Shown: positions 25,023 through 37,068, counted from the stretch's first letter. The stretch: DNA of 41,212 bases from Isurus oxyrinchus (GCA_026770705.1 JANJGN010003720.1:1-41212); one strand, 5' to 3'. The notes: generated by a model from the letters alone, not told the origin. Program-made: numbers and translations.

Positions 25023-25327
25023 GTGTCCAGTCGGAGGTTGTGTTGACTCAGCCAGAGGCAGAGACCGGGCGTCCCGGAGGCTCCCTGAGACTGACCTGTG
25101 AAACCAGCGGCTTCGATCTTGGCAGTGCTTACATGAGCTGGGTCCGACAGGTTCCCGGACAGGGGTTGGAGTGGCTGGTTAGCTACTATAGTTCATACAG
25201 CAACGACTACGCCCCAGGAATTAAGGATCGATTTACTGCGTCCAAAGACACTTCAAGAAACATCTTCTCCTTGGACATGACGAGCCTGAAGACTGAAGAC
25301 ACCGCCATCTATTACTGTGCAAGAGAC
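25023..25327 (+). CDS. IGHV: Ig heavy-chain V segment, germline, open frame
   Basis: (R)[69 protein letters not shown]; canonical Cys, Trp and YYC; shark-type VH framework. Confidence 0.98.
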
Positions 25328-25366
25328 CACAGCGAGAGGAACCAGGGCTGGACCTGAACAAGAACA
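25328..25366 (+). other. V 3' recombination signal (23-RSS)
   Basis: CACAGCG (25328-25334) + 23 bp + ACAAGAACA (25358-25366). Confidence 0.95.
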
Positions 25367-25736
25367 GATCGAGAGAAACTCAACAACTTCCATCATAACC
25401 TGACGGTCAGTACTTGTTTCAAATGTAATATTAACTGTAATGATCAGGACCAGACAACAAGTCGCTTCTGACAAAAGTAAAACAGCAAATTTAACAGTAA
25501 AACCTAGCAAACCAATTGATATAATGGGCTGAGCTTTTGGCTGTGTTTATATTTACCGTTAACAGTTTCCGCAATTACAGACCTGGATATAATGTTCATT
25601 TTAATATGTCTGATACTTGGAGGGAATCACTGTTCATTGAGCTTTGTAAATTGCTGCATAAATACCAAACTAGATCAGAAGTAAACGTCTATTTGAAGTG
25701 AATATTGAGAGGCAGCACTGATCAGAGTGTGGGTGC

Positions 25737-25815
25737 AGTTTTTGTGTGGATGTATTTCACTGTGATACTACGGGGGTCACAGTGCTGTGCACAGCGACAT
25801 CCTCGTACAAAAACC
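25737..25815 (+). other. IGHD: DH1 segment (ATACTACGGGGGT, 25765-25777) with 5' 12-RSS and 3' 22-RSS
   Basis: AGTTTTTGT-12bp-CACTGTG [13-bp D] CACAGTG-22bp-ACAAAAACC. All three frames are stop-free (ILRG / YYGG / TTG). Confidence 0.96.
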
Positions 25816-26126
25816 TCAGAAAGAGTTTGTTCAAATTGGTGATCACGATCACAACAGGAAGAATCAAAGAAAATGGAAGCTAAATAAAATAATGGGTATA
25901 AGTAATATTTGACTTGTAAAAATATATAAAAGTCTTCCGCTTTGTTTGTGTTTACGGATACGCTAAATCTTCACAGAGGCTTTTAAAGAACTCCAATCGC
26001 GTTTATAAATATAATGACCAGCACAAGCTGAAATATCTCACTGGTTTACTCTTAGGCGAGTCAGGATCAGGTTTTTGAGAGCGCAGTGAGATTAAATCTC
26101 TGTACTTACAGTTAACAGTGTGCCGC

Positions 26127-26195
26127 AGTATTTGACATGGTGTGTCTCACTGTGATATACTGGGTGGCACAGCAGTTACTGTCAATACAAAAACC
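26127..26195 (+). other. IGHD: DH2 segment (ATATACTGGGTGG, 26155-26167) with 12-RSS on both sides
   Basis: AGTATTTGA-12bp-CACTGTG [13-bp D] CACAGCA-12bp-ACAAAAACC. All three frames are stop-free (IYWV / YTGW / ILG). Confidence 0.95.
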
Positions 26196-26524
26196 CCTCA
26201 GCACTAATTGAGTCTGCCGGGTTCAGTGCTCGCTTTCACAATCCTGCTATATTTACAATGAAGTATTATTTCTACCCAGCACTGCCCAAAAAGCATGGTT
26301 TAAGATGGAAAAGCTGTGATAATTATCCATACATCAATTGGTGATTTCAATAACATGTTCATGTGTTATTCTGTGAATTATAAAACATGTGGATCATTGA
26401 TGAATAGCTAAAGATATCCACAAACGCAAATATCATTTCGTGAAGATTCATCGTGATCTTACTTTGCCTCTGACTTATGAATATTTAAAATAATGGTGGA
26501 TTTCTGTCTTTTTGGTGCAGGGAC

Positions 26525-26563
26525 AGTTATTGTATGGCACAGCCCAGGGAATGTAACACTGTG
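26525..26563 (-). other. J 5' recombination signal (23-RSS)
   Basis: AGTTATTGT (26525-26533) + 23 bp + CACTGTG (26557-26563). Confidence 0.93.
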
Positions 26564-26611
26564 ATGCTATGGAAGACTGGGGACAAGGGACCATGGTGAC
26601 GGTGACTGCAG
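26564..26611 (+). CDS. IGHJ: Ig heavy-chain J segment (AMEDWGQGTMVTVTA)
   Basis: WGQG motif, phase-1 donor G|gtaag at 26612, preceded by a 23-RSS. Confidence 0.97.
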
Positions 26612-29600
26612 GTAAGAACCACACATTTATTTAGTAACTGTTTTATTTGAGTCTTTGCTTTTTTGTCTATTTTAATAATTCATTTAGCCAATGAAAACTG
26701 GGTTTGGTGGATTCTGTATGCAGAATTTTTTACAATGTTTCATGTGATTCTGCTGAAATTGAGTTATATAATTCCGCTGTGTCTTGATAAAATGGTGCTG
26801 CTGAGGGATTGAGACCCTGGTCGTTGTGATTTGGTGTTTATCTGCTGAGGATACTATGTGGCCTGGCTCCTTGAAATATCTAACCTTTGTAAAAACCGTT
26901 TGACGTTTCTGCAATGTTTAATCTCGGTGACATCTAATGGCTGCGGGTTTTACCATCTGTTGCACAAGAGTTTAAATAGATTTGAAATCAAACCATATTA
27001 ACAAAATATGCTTAAGTTTCAGTATTAATTTATTGAACATGTTCTGCCTACTCACAATGCTGTTGACATTATTCCATATTTCTGTTTAGTTTAATTATTC
27101 ATTCATTTGGTGATGAGCGGGTTGACTGGATTCGATATTGAGATTTTCTTGCAACGTTGCATTGGATTCTGTTGGAAGTGTTTGTATAATTGAGCTGCTT
27201 CTCCATGAAATGGGTTTCAGACCCTCAGTGATGTGATTTGGTGTTTTTCTGCTGAGGAGGTTGTGTGTCTGGGTGACTTTGAATAAGTAGAATTTGTGAA
27301 ACGGTTTGGCGGTTCTGCATTGTTTCTGCTTTGTTTAAACTCGGTGATATTGAGCGGTTACACGTTTTGCGATTGAATCTGCTTGAAGCGCGATTGTCGG
27401 CAGAAAACAAACAGGCTTCAGAAATGGGCAAAAAAGCATTTACAGATGTGTTAGAACATTTTGTCTTTATTTTAAGTGATAATTGCAGAATAAACTAAAC
27501 CATGGATTATGACGCTCATTCAGAACTTAATTCCTTACTGCGATCAGAAACTATACAATTACCAAGTTTTCAAGTTGTAGAGTAAAATTAATACAATTCA
27601 AACAATTACAATGTGTTAATATTTCTCCATATTGACGGAACAGCTTTCATATTAACCTAATTGATCATTAATCGCCTTTCACAACTCTGCTGTGCTCTGC
27701 GCACAATTAACATGATCGGGAAAGTTTTTAGGATAGAAACATTTTGTGATTATGCATGAAAAGTTTCAGTAAGAATATACTGACTCTATAGAATTGTTCA
27801 GTTTCAAAAGAGATTTTGAATTACTTTTTTATATCCCTGATAACATTTGCATTGACTTAAAGAGGAGTTTGATATTGCAGTTTGGCAATATGTCTATTCG
27901 GTTATTACATTCTTTCTGTGCAGCCGTAACCATATTATTCCTTCAATGTCATTGGGATTTGGATAGCGAGATAATTGTCACTAATCTAATTTTAAATAGT
28001 TTACTGGGGGTAATTCGCTGGCAGTAAAGGAATTGTTCTTACATTTTTTTGAACTGAAGGAAGGTGCAGACCGCATATAAATAGAGACTGACAAGTAAAA
28101 GCTTGAAATTCGAACAGATTAATTTAATTGCAAATATTTGAACTTAATAACAACATCCTGTCTCCCGTAGCTGTGTTGTACACGGGATAGAATTATAGGA
28201 GAAGAACAGATTACATCTGAGATTCATGCTTAATTCTTATTAAATATTAAATTGAAGAACAAAATCTGGAATCAATTTGCCGGTTATATTTCAGTGGCGC
28301 AGATGATCTGAATGAATTATTCTCATCAAATTTTTTACTGATCAATTTGGATCTTCTTTCAGTGAACAATATATTTAACAATTAAATTATAGGGATTGTT
28401 ATCTAGGAAGCACTTTCATTGATAATCAGTAACTGCCAGGAACATTTGTTTACGTATAGCTTGGAGTTAAGGCAAATTTGATTCAGCAAACTGATGATAT
28501 TATACCTCATCGACAGTTAATGCAAAGTGTTTCAAATATTGAACTCATAAATTCGTCGTGTGAATTACTCGATGAGAATAGATGGAATTTATGATTTCTC
28601 AATGCGTTCAGAAACGCATAGTTTACAATTTTGTCCATTAAAACAGAGCAGGAGAAGTAAAAATAAAATAGTAAATATTGATCAGATTTAAGTAAAATTG
28701 ATATATTTGCCTGAATGTTACCATCTAGTACTTTGAAGTATATTGTTCAACATTGTTTCAGTGTCAGGTTGATTTAAATAAGCCCCAATTATTTCACAAA
28801 GTACCAGGGAGGAACAAATTTTCACTTATTGAAAACTATTTTTATTATAAAGTAGAAATCAGCTAACAAGAAAATGAATTGATAATAACAAGATAATTAA
28901 CTTACAATATAATATTTATGGTAATTAATTCAACATAAATGAACTCCAACAATTAAATAGTACACTGGACATTATAGTGAATGCAAAATCTCAAAGGGTG
29001 GAGAGAATTTTGAATTGTATCCAAAATGAATTCAGAAAAGAATACTTTTCTTATTCAGCTGTGCTCACCTCGATAAGGTGTTTTGCCTCGATGTTTTTAT
29101 TGGTTATATTTATACCTAAAATCAAATCAAATCAGTGGGTAATCGGTTTTCAATGTGAATGTTTCCTGATTTGTTTAATTCTCACCCTGTCATTGAGTCT
29201 TTGTTACGGACAACCAGTTATCCTGAATCTGTAGTATTTGTGTGCTCATTTTCAGGGTAACTTAAATCGTACATTGTTTGGAGATTTGAGTCAGAAAGAG
29301 AATTAGATAGACTTCAAAGGGAGTTTTGAAATGAAAATCATTTTTTATTTCAAAGAAGTCATAGAATAATTGTAGCAAATTGACCAATTAGAATCAAACA
29401 GCTTGAATGAAATGGACAGATTGAACAGATCTATCTGCTGGGAACTCGATTGTTGCACCATTTGTGTCTGTTCTGTTTCTGTGAGCGTGGTCACTGTGCT
29501 GGGACCAGGAATCTTCCTGGCTGGTTGTTAACCTTCTGGTTCGCTCTCCTGTATTTCAGGAAGTGCAGTTTGATTTATTTCCTCACAAAACTTGTATTTG

Positions 29601-29869
29601 TGAGAAATGTGAATGTCTGATTTTTTGACCAAGCGGCTCAGAAATGAGATGCCCAACCTATTCTGACAGTCAGAAAGGACAATTCAGAAATGACAGACAG
29701 ACTGTCGAAGGAGATTTGGTCGATTTAAGCCAGTGATGTACCTGTCTTGGGAGTGTTCGGCTAGGCAATGCAGAGAGTTTTATTCTTTTTTAATCCGTGC
29801 TGTAGCAGTCCTTGACCTATTTGGTTGGACAATGCGGAGGAAGAAATTAGTCTGTATCTTATTTTTAAT

Positions 29870-30435
29870 CCTATCATAGAATGTTGGGGTTGCTGGCAAG
29901 GCCAGCATTTGTTGCCCATCCTAACTGCCCATCCTTGAGGGAGTGTTGAAATGCCGCGTCCTTGAATAGCCGCAGGTTCACTCACAGTTCTGTTAGGTCA
30001 GGAGTTCCAGGATTTTGACCCATTGAAAGTGAAGGAATGGCGATATAGTTCCAAGTCAAGATGTTCATTGTCTTGGAGGGAACATACAGGTGTTTCCAAG
30101 CACCTGCTGCCCTTGTCCTTCTAGTTAGGAGAGGTTGCGGGTTTTGAAGGAGCCTTGGCGAGTTGCTGCATTGAATCTTGTATATGGTACACACTGATGT
30201 CACTGTGCGTCGGTGGGGGAGGGAGTGAAAGTTTAACGTAGTGGATGGGGGTACCAATTCTGTGGGCTGCTTTGTCCTGGATAGTATCAAGTTTCTTGGG
30301 GTTGTTTGAAGTTTCACACATCGAGGCAAGTGGAAGTCCTTACTTGTGCCTTGTAGATGGCCAGTTTTCTTTGGGCGATAGGTGTTGAATTCCTCACCAC
30401 AGAATTCCCAGCCTCTGACCGGCTCCTGCAGCACA
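29870..30435 (-). mobile_element. LINE 3' end (same family as 15275-17712; shares its tail with the SINE)
   Basis: Minus strand reads KKLDTIQDKAAHRIG / HSLPHRRTV.SVCTIYK..CSNSPRLL, matching 17490-17710; its tail matches the SINE tail at 22870-22925. Confidence 0.8.
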
Positions 30436-31209
30436 GCACTTATATCAAAACCGGATTGAACCCTCTCCTGGGCATATTTGATGGAACAATGTAGAGAGTT
30501 TTATTTTATTTCAAACCAGTGCTGTACCTGACCCAGAGTGTTTGACAATTCAGTGGAGAGTTGGCTTTCTGTTGAATCCCACCCTTGCAGCTGATGACAG
30601 GAGTGTACTGGAGGAGGAGTGGGGGCTTTAATCCATGTCTTAACTTGTCCTGTTCCTTACCTGAGAGTCTTTTCCCTGCAGAGGTCAAACAAACTGGATG
30701 AGCATCGAACGAACTGGCTGTGGGTTCTCGAGCCAGATCTGTGAAAATAAATTGTTCCATTGCTCAGTTTAAATGACGCACGTTAATTGTTTTTAACAAT
30801 ATTTCTGCAGAGAACATGTATAAATTTTAATGAATTAATTATGTTTAAGCATTTTGAGTATCAGAAAATCATTGAATGTGAGTGACCTGAACTTGAGCAC
30901 AATTTCAGATCAAACAGAATCAGGGAGTGATAGTGAGGCTCCAGAGAGCAGCACCTGTTCTGATCTGATCAGAGGCTGCGAGTTATTTAAATGACTGAAA
31001 TGGACAATGACTAGACTCCCGCTCCAAATAACCAGCCACGGGGGATTTGGGGAAAAGGAGCCGCCATCAAAAACTGAGCCATTGGATTGCCCCCTGCAGG
31101 GGGTGGAATGAATGACAGAAATAAGAGCATGAGGAGGACATTCGGCTCTTCGATCCTGCCCTCCATTCAGTAAGATCATGGTTCATCTACCTCGACACTC
31201 AGTCTCTTT

Positions 31210-31948
31210 ACCACACACCCTCACTTGCTCACTCTCTCTGTCACACACGCTCTCTCTCTCACACATGCACACACTCTCTCACGCACTCTCTCTGACAGAC
31301 ATACACTCTCTCTTTCTCTCTCTGTCACACACACACATTCTCTCTCTGTCACACAAACTCCCTTTAACACGCACACACTCTGTCTCTCACACATTGCCTC
31401 TCTCTTTCACACACACTCTCACACAGACACCCACATTCTCTCATACACATACTCTCTCAACTGTGCACACACATACACACTCTCTTCCTCACACATACAT
31501 GCACTCTGTCTTCTTCACACATGCACTCTCACACATGCATTCTCTCTCTCACATATGCGCACACACCCTCTCTGTTATGCACACCCACTCTCTCTCTCTC
31601 TCACATACATCCACCCTCTCTCCCAAACACATACATTCTCTCAAATCTCACCCTCCCTCACACACAGACACATAACACTCTCTCTCACACACACATCCTC
31701 ATTCTCTCTCTCTCATGCACACAGAAACACAAACACATTCCCTCTCTCGCACATCGACACTGTTCCTCTCACACACAGACTCTCTCATTCTCTCCCTCTC
31801 ACAGTCTTTCTCTCTCTCTCTGACCCACACACTGGCTCTCTCTTTCACACACTCTTTCTCTCCCACACACAGTCTCTCTCTCTCACACTTATACTACCTA
31901 TCACTCACACCCCTACACACACTCTCTCACACACACATACACACACAG

Positions 31949-31988
<40 letters not shown>

Positions 31989-32078
31989 ATGCTCTCTCTC
32001 TGACACACATTTCTCTATGTCAGACACTCTCACACTTATACTCCCTATGACACTCTCCTTCTCTCATACACACTCACA

Positions 32079-32116
<38 letters not shown>

Positions 32117-32190
32117 TTGTCTGTCTGTCTGTGTCTCTCTCTTTCTCTCTCTTTCACATGCACACACACACACATATTCTCAAACACAGA
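31210..32190. repeat. Compound (CA)n/(CT)n low-complexity tract
   Basis: Direct reading; source of the H/T/L/S-rich ORFs at 31178-32262. Confidence 0.95.
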
Positions 32191-32751
32191 AATGGACTGA
32201 AAATGCTAACTTCAGAAAGAAAATCCGTTAAGCTGCAGGCATGTTCATTGTTCCATTTCTGATGTCTTTTTGTGTAAAATGAAATTACACACGTGACATC
32301 ACTATATATGTGGAGAATTTCCAAGTGTTGAACCAAACACAAAGAAACAAGAAAAAGGGAGGAATGTGATGGAGACCACGGCCGCCTGGATCCCCAATAC
32401 TGGTGCACACTTGGTGCAAGATGCCTGCATGGCCCTTCCTGGTTTTGCTGTAACCTTCCCCTCCAGCCCCCTCAGTCTGCCTATTCGCACACTGACACGG
32501 GTTTCTCAAAGAAAGGAATTGGCAGCTGGTCAGCGATCTACACTGCTGCCTGACTTTACACAGCCGGTGTTACTGAAAGCTGATCAATATGGAGAATCGG
32601 GACAGGGTCGATGGAGGGGAAGAGGAGGAGGTGGAGATGGAGGTGGAGCCGAATGGAGGAGCCCCCAGCTCGGTTGTGGACAACAGGCAATGGAAAGCTG
32701 AGCCAGAGCAGAAAATCATCTGGAAAAACATCACCATGATGAGCACCTGGG

Positions 32752-33345
32752 CACCCTCACTACCCACAATCACTCACCCTCACTCACCCTCACTCACTCA
32801 CTCACCCTCACTACCCACAATCACTCACCCTCATACCATCACTCACTCACCCTCACTCACTCAATCACCTTCACTCACCCACCCTCACTCATGCATCCTC
32901 ACTCACGCACCCTCACTCACGCACCCTCACTCACGCACCCTCACTCACACTCACCCACCCTCACTCACTCACCCTCACTCACTCACCCTCACTCACACTC
33001 ACTCACAGTCACTCAATCACCCAGCTTCACTCACCCTTATTCACTCACCATTAATTACTTTAACCTTCAATCACTCACCCTCACACACTCACCCTCACTC
33101 ACCCTCCCATCCTCACTCACCTACCTTCACTGACACTCAATAACTCATCTACGTGCCCTCACATACCCACTCACCCTCACTCACATACCTACCCTCACAT
33201 ACTACCAACCCTCACTCAGCCACTCGACTACCCTCATTCAATCACCCACCCTCACTCACCAACATTCAGACACCCACCCACGCCCATTCACCACCCACCC
33301 TCACTCACTCAGCCACCCTCACTTTGTCAAACATGCACATGCTCA
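32752..33345. repeat. C/A-rich tandem tract (CACT / CACCCT units)
   Basis: Repeated cactcaccctcactcact with very few G on the + strand. Confidence 0.93.
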
Positions 33346-33374
33346 CTCATTCGATCACTTTTCATAAATCGGTG

Positions 33375-35022
33375 TGTGGGAGGGCGGGAACTGCGGGGAA
33401 GTGAGACCTGGAAGCGAGGTCTGAGGCCTAGCAGTGCCAGAAAGTGGAGCATGGCTGAAGGGAGTGACGCTCTTGGTTGGAAAGTGCAGGGAGGCAGTGG
33501 GGGTAAAGCTCGGAGAGCCTGGGGAAAGGGCAGGGAGGCGGGGAAAATAGCAGAGAGCCGGGGGGCGGGGGAGGTGGGGGTGTTGGGGGGCAAGGGTAGA
33601 GAGTCGGGGAAAAGAGCAGGGATCCAGCGGAAAGTGCTTTGGGATGGGGCAAAGGTCAGCAAGCAGGGGGAAAGGTCAGCAAGCCAGTGAAAGGGCAGAG
33701 AGGCGGGGGAGGAAGAAGGGCAGAGAGACGATGGAAAGAGCAGAGAGGTGGGGGGGAAGGGCAGAGAGATGGAGGGAAGGGCATAGAGGCGGGAGGGGGA
33801 AAGGGCAGAGAGGCAGAAGGAGGAAAGGGCAGAGAGGCGGGAGGGGGAAAGGGCAGAGAGGCAGAAAGAGGAAAGGGCAGAGAGGCGGGAGGGGGAAAGG
33901 GCAGAGAGGCGGGAGGGAGAAAGGGCGGAGAGGTGGGGAGAAAGTGCTCAGAGGTGTGAGGGGAAAAGAGCAGAGAGGCAGTAGGGGGAAAGGGCAGAGA
34001 GGCAGTAGGGGGAAAGGGAAGAGAGGTGGGAGGAGGAAAGGGCAGAGAGGCAGGAGGGCAGAGAAGCGGGGTGTGGGATGGGCAGAGAGGCAATGGAAAT
34101 GGCAGAGAGGCGACCGAAAGATCAGCATGCTGGGGAACGGGCAGAGAGCTAATGGGAAAGGTCAGAGAGCCGGGCGAAAGCACAGAGAGCCGTGGAGGTA
34201 ATGCAGAGAGCTGGGTGAGAAAAGGCAGAGAGGCGTGGGGGGGAGTGCAGAGAGGCAGGAGATGGAAAGGGCAGAGAGGCGGGAGGGCAAAGAGGCGGAG
34301 GGGTGACAGGGGAGAGAAGTGGAGAGTGGGACAGGCAGAGAGGCGAGGGGAAATGGCAGAGAGGTGGCAGGAGGAAAGGGCAGGAATGTAGGTGGGGGAA
34401 AGGGCAGAGAGGCGGTGGGGGAAAGGGCAGAGAGGAGGGTGGGCAGAGAGGCAGAGGAGGGAAGGGCAGAGAGGAGGGTGGGCACAGAGGTAGAGGGGGG
34501 AAGGGCAGAGAGGCGAGGGAAAGGGCAGTGAGCTGGAGTAAGGGCAGAGAGGCGGGAGGGTGTAAGGGCAGAGAGGCGGGAGGGGGAAAGGGCAGAGAGG
34601 AGGGAGGGGGAAAGGGCAGAGAGGCGATTGAAAGGGCAGGGAGCCAGGGGAACGGGAAAAGAGCAGTGGAAAAGGTCAGAGAGCTGGGTGAAAGCACAGA
34701 GCACAGTGGAATGTGCGCAGAGACCTGGGGGAGAAAGGGCAGAGAGGTGATGGAGAAAGGGCAGAGAGGCGGCGGATGTAAAGGGCTGAGAGGCGGGAGT
34801 GGGAATGGGCAGAGAGGCGGGAGGGGGAAAGGGCAAAGATGCAGGAGGGGAACAGGGCAGAGAGGCATGTGGGAAAGGGCAGAGAGGAGGGGGGAAAGGG
34901 CACAGGGGAGGGAGGGGGAAAGGGCAAAGATGCAGGAGGGGAACAGGGCAGAGAGGCATGTGGGAAAGGGCAGAGAGGAGGGGGGAAAGGGCACAGGGGA
35001 GGGAGGGGGAAAGGGGCAGAAA
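33375..35022 (+). repeat. Purine/G-rich tandem repeat, 24-bp core unit AAAGGGCAGAGAGGCGGGAGGGGG
   Basis: GGGC(A/G)GAGAGG recurs at 33803, 33827, 33851, 33875, 33899 and 33923 (24-bp period) and degenerately through 35020; the last ~180 bp is a near-perfect 91-bp duplication (34831 vs 34922). Confidence 0.95.
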
Positions 35023-35712
35023 GTTACAATACAGGAACAGCAAGTGATGAGGAAGGCAAAGGGAGTGTTGGCATTTATTATAAGGGGAATAGATTATAAA
35101 TGGAAGGATATTTTACTATAGTTTAACAGGGTGGCGATGAGACCTCGTCTGAATTACTGTGTACAGATTTGGTCTCACTTAAGAAAGGATTTAAAAGCAT
35201 TAGAAGTTGTTCAGAGAATGTTCATTCAAATGATACTGGGGTTGTCATCGGTTATCTTATGAGGAAAGTTTGGATAGGCTGGGCCTGTATCCACTGAAGT
35301 TTAGAAGAATGAGAGCTGAATTTATTGAAACATATAAGATCTTGAGGGAAATTAACAGGGTGGATGCTGAAAGGATGTTTCCCCTTGTGAGAGAGACTAA
35401 CGAAAGAGAACACATTTTAAAAATAAGAGGTCTCCCATTTCAGACGGAAATGAGAGTATTTTATTTTCTCTCAAAGGGTTGTGAAACTTTGGAACTCTTC
35501 CATAGACAGCAATGGAGGAGGAGTCATTAATATTTCAAGGCAGAGGTAGAGAGATTCTTCATTGACAAGGGAGTCAAAGGTTAGCGGAGAGCAGACGGGA
35601 ATGTGGAGTTAACGCCACAATCAGATTATCTATGATCGGAGTGAATGGTGGAGGAGGCTAGAGAGGCCAAATGGCCTACTCCTGCTACTAATCCACATGT
35701 TCATATGTACAT
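35023..35712 (+). mobile_element. CR1-type LINE 3' fragment
   Basis: QQVMRKAKGVLAFIIRGIDYK and DRLGLYPLKFRRMRAEFIETYKILR; CR1-like tail aatggcctactcctgct. Confidence 0.9.
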
Positions 35713-36263
35713 ACGATTGGAAAATGTCGTACTAACTGTCACTAGTATTCAAGTTAGGGTTCTAAGGTCATTATATAGGTACCATTACAAAGGTACTTTC
35801 AAAGGGTGATTGCTGTTCTTTGTTTTGGGGGGACATGGAGAGGGGAGGGGGCATCAGTCAATTTCAACAGAGCCAATTTCCAAACTGCAATGATATAAAT
35901 GACAAGACAATTTCTCTATCACCAAGTGCTGTTAATTGAGAAATAAACAATGGCAGAAATAATGGGTAAAATCCTCAGCTCTTCCATTTTAATCCAATGA
36001 AAGGTACGTCATTCAGATGACATCAAAATGTTCTATTTTAGTAATGGGATAGAGGCGGAGAAAGAGGTGTGGGTTTCTAAAGAGGGAACCGACAGATGAG
36101 GGTCACCAAATAATGGAAATAATAAATGATCAAATATGGATGTGGGTTTCAATTGGAATATATTTGGATATGTTTATAGTTATAGTCAAATTTTGAGTTG
36201 TTTGGTTAATTAATGATCACAAATCACAGAGTCTAACTTGTTCAATTGGCCATTCTTTCCCAG

Positions 36264-36563
36264 TGACACCGTCTTCGCCCACTCTCTACAGCCTGGTCTC
36301 CTCCTGTCAGCAACACAACCCCGACGGCTCCATCACCTACGGCTGCTTGGCGATGGATTACTCCCCAGAAATCACCAGCCTGACCTGGAAGAAAGATGGG
36401 CAGGAGATCACCACTGGATTTAAGACTTACCCGTCAGTGAGGAACCAGAAGGGAACCTACACCATGAGCAGCCAGTTAACCATCACCGAGTCAGAGGGAG
36501 AATGCAGCAAAATCAAGTGTGAGGTTCGACACAGCGTCTCAAACAAGAGCATTGGAATGCCAT
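36264..36563 (+). CDS. IGHM: IgM constant exon Cmu1
   Basis: Acceptor ttcccag|, (V)[49 protein letters not shown], phase-1 donor T|gtaagt; in frame with JH. Confidence 0.96.
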
Positions 36564-36759
36564 GTAAGTGTTGGGGAACCTGTGAGAAACAGAAAGGCTG
36601 TGATTGACCTGTATAGGGCCTTGGTTATAACGCATTTATAGTGCTCTGCATAGTTCTGATCCTGGAAATTCCAGGTAGTGTCCATTGTTAAAATATAAGA
36701 ACTATTGTATCTGTTATCAATTTCTTCTGCAAGAAATGTTTAACCTGTGTTTTTTGAAG

Positions 36760-37068
36760 GTCCTGACTTACCTCCAACTGTTCTCCTCACCGTGAGTTCC
36801 CGGGAAGAAATCACAACCAACAAATTTGCAACCGCCGTCTGTTCAATCATCGATCTCCGTTCAAAGTCAATCACCGTGAAGTGGCTGAAGAATGGACAAC
36901 CCATGAATTCAGGAATTATCACCTCTCCCATCTTTGAAGTGAATGGGAACTTCTCGGCGACCAGTTTGCTGAAAGTCTCCACTGGGGAATGGTTCAGTAA
37001 CTCGGTCTATACCTGTCAGGTCACTCACCAAGGGGTCACCCAAAGTCGAGATGCCACCAAGTGTGATG
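36760..37068 (+). CDS. IGHM: IgM constant exon Cmu2
   Basis: Acceptor tttgaag|, (C)[42 protein letters not shown], donor G|gtaag. Confidence 0.95.

Noticed and set aside
25313-25319. Cryptic heptamer TACTGTG at the VH 3' end (VH replacement)
   Set aside because: Largely dictated by the YYC codons, with no convincing nonamer at the right spacing.
25790-25815. Second heptamer CACAGCG inside the D1 3' spacer, as an alternative 12-RSS
   Set aside because: Only 10 bp from the nonamer, outside the 12+/-1 tolerance.
26070-26078. Nonamer-like GGTTTTTGA between D1 and D2 (possible third D)
   Set aside because: No heptamer at 12 or 22/23 bp spacing.
32589-32760. Acidic stretch followed by IIWKNIT, faintly like an Ig membrane exon
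   Set aside because: Upstream of Cmu1, has no hydrophobic TM segment, and runs into repeat.
31178-35121. Long ORFs (345, 293, 281, 272 aa and others) in the J-C intron
   Set aside because: Overlapping low-complexity translations of microsatellite and purine-rich repeats in several frames; not credible proteins.
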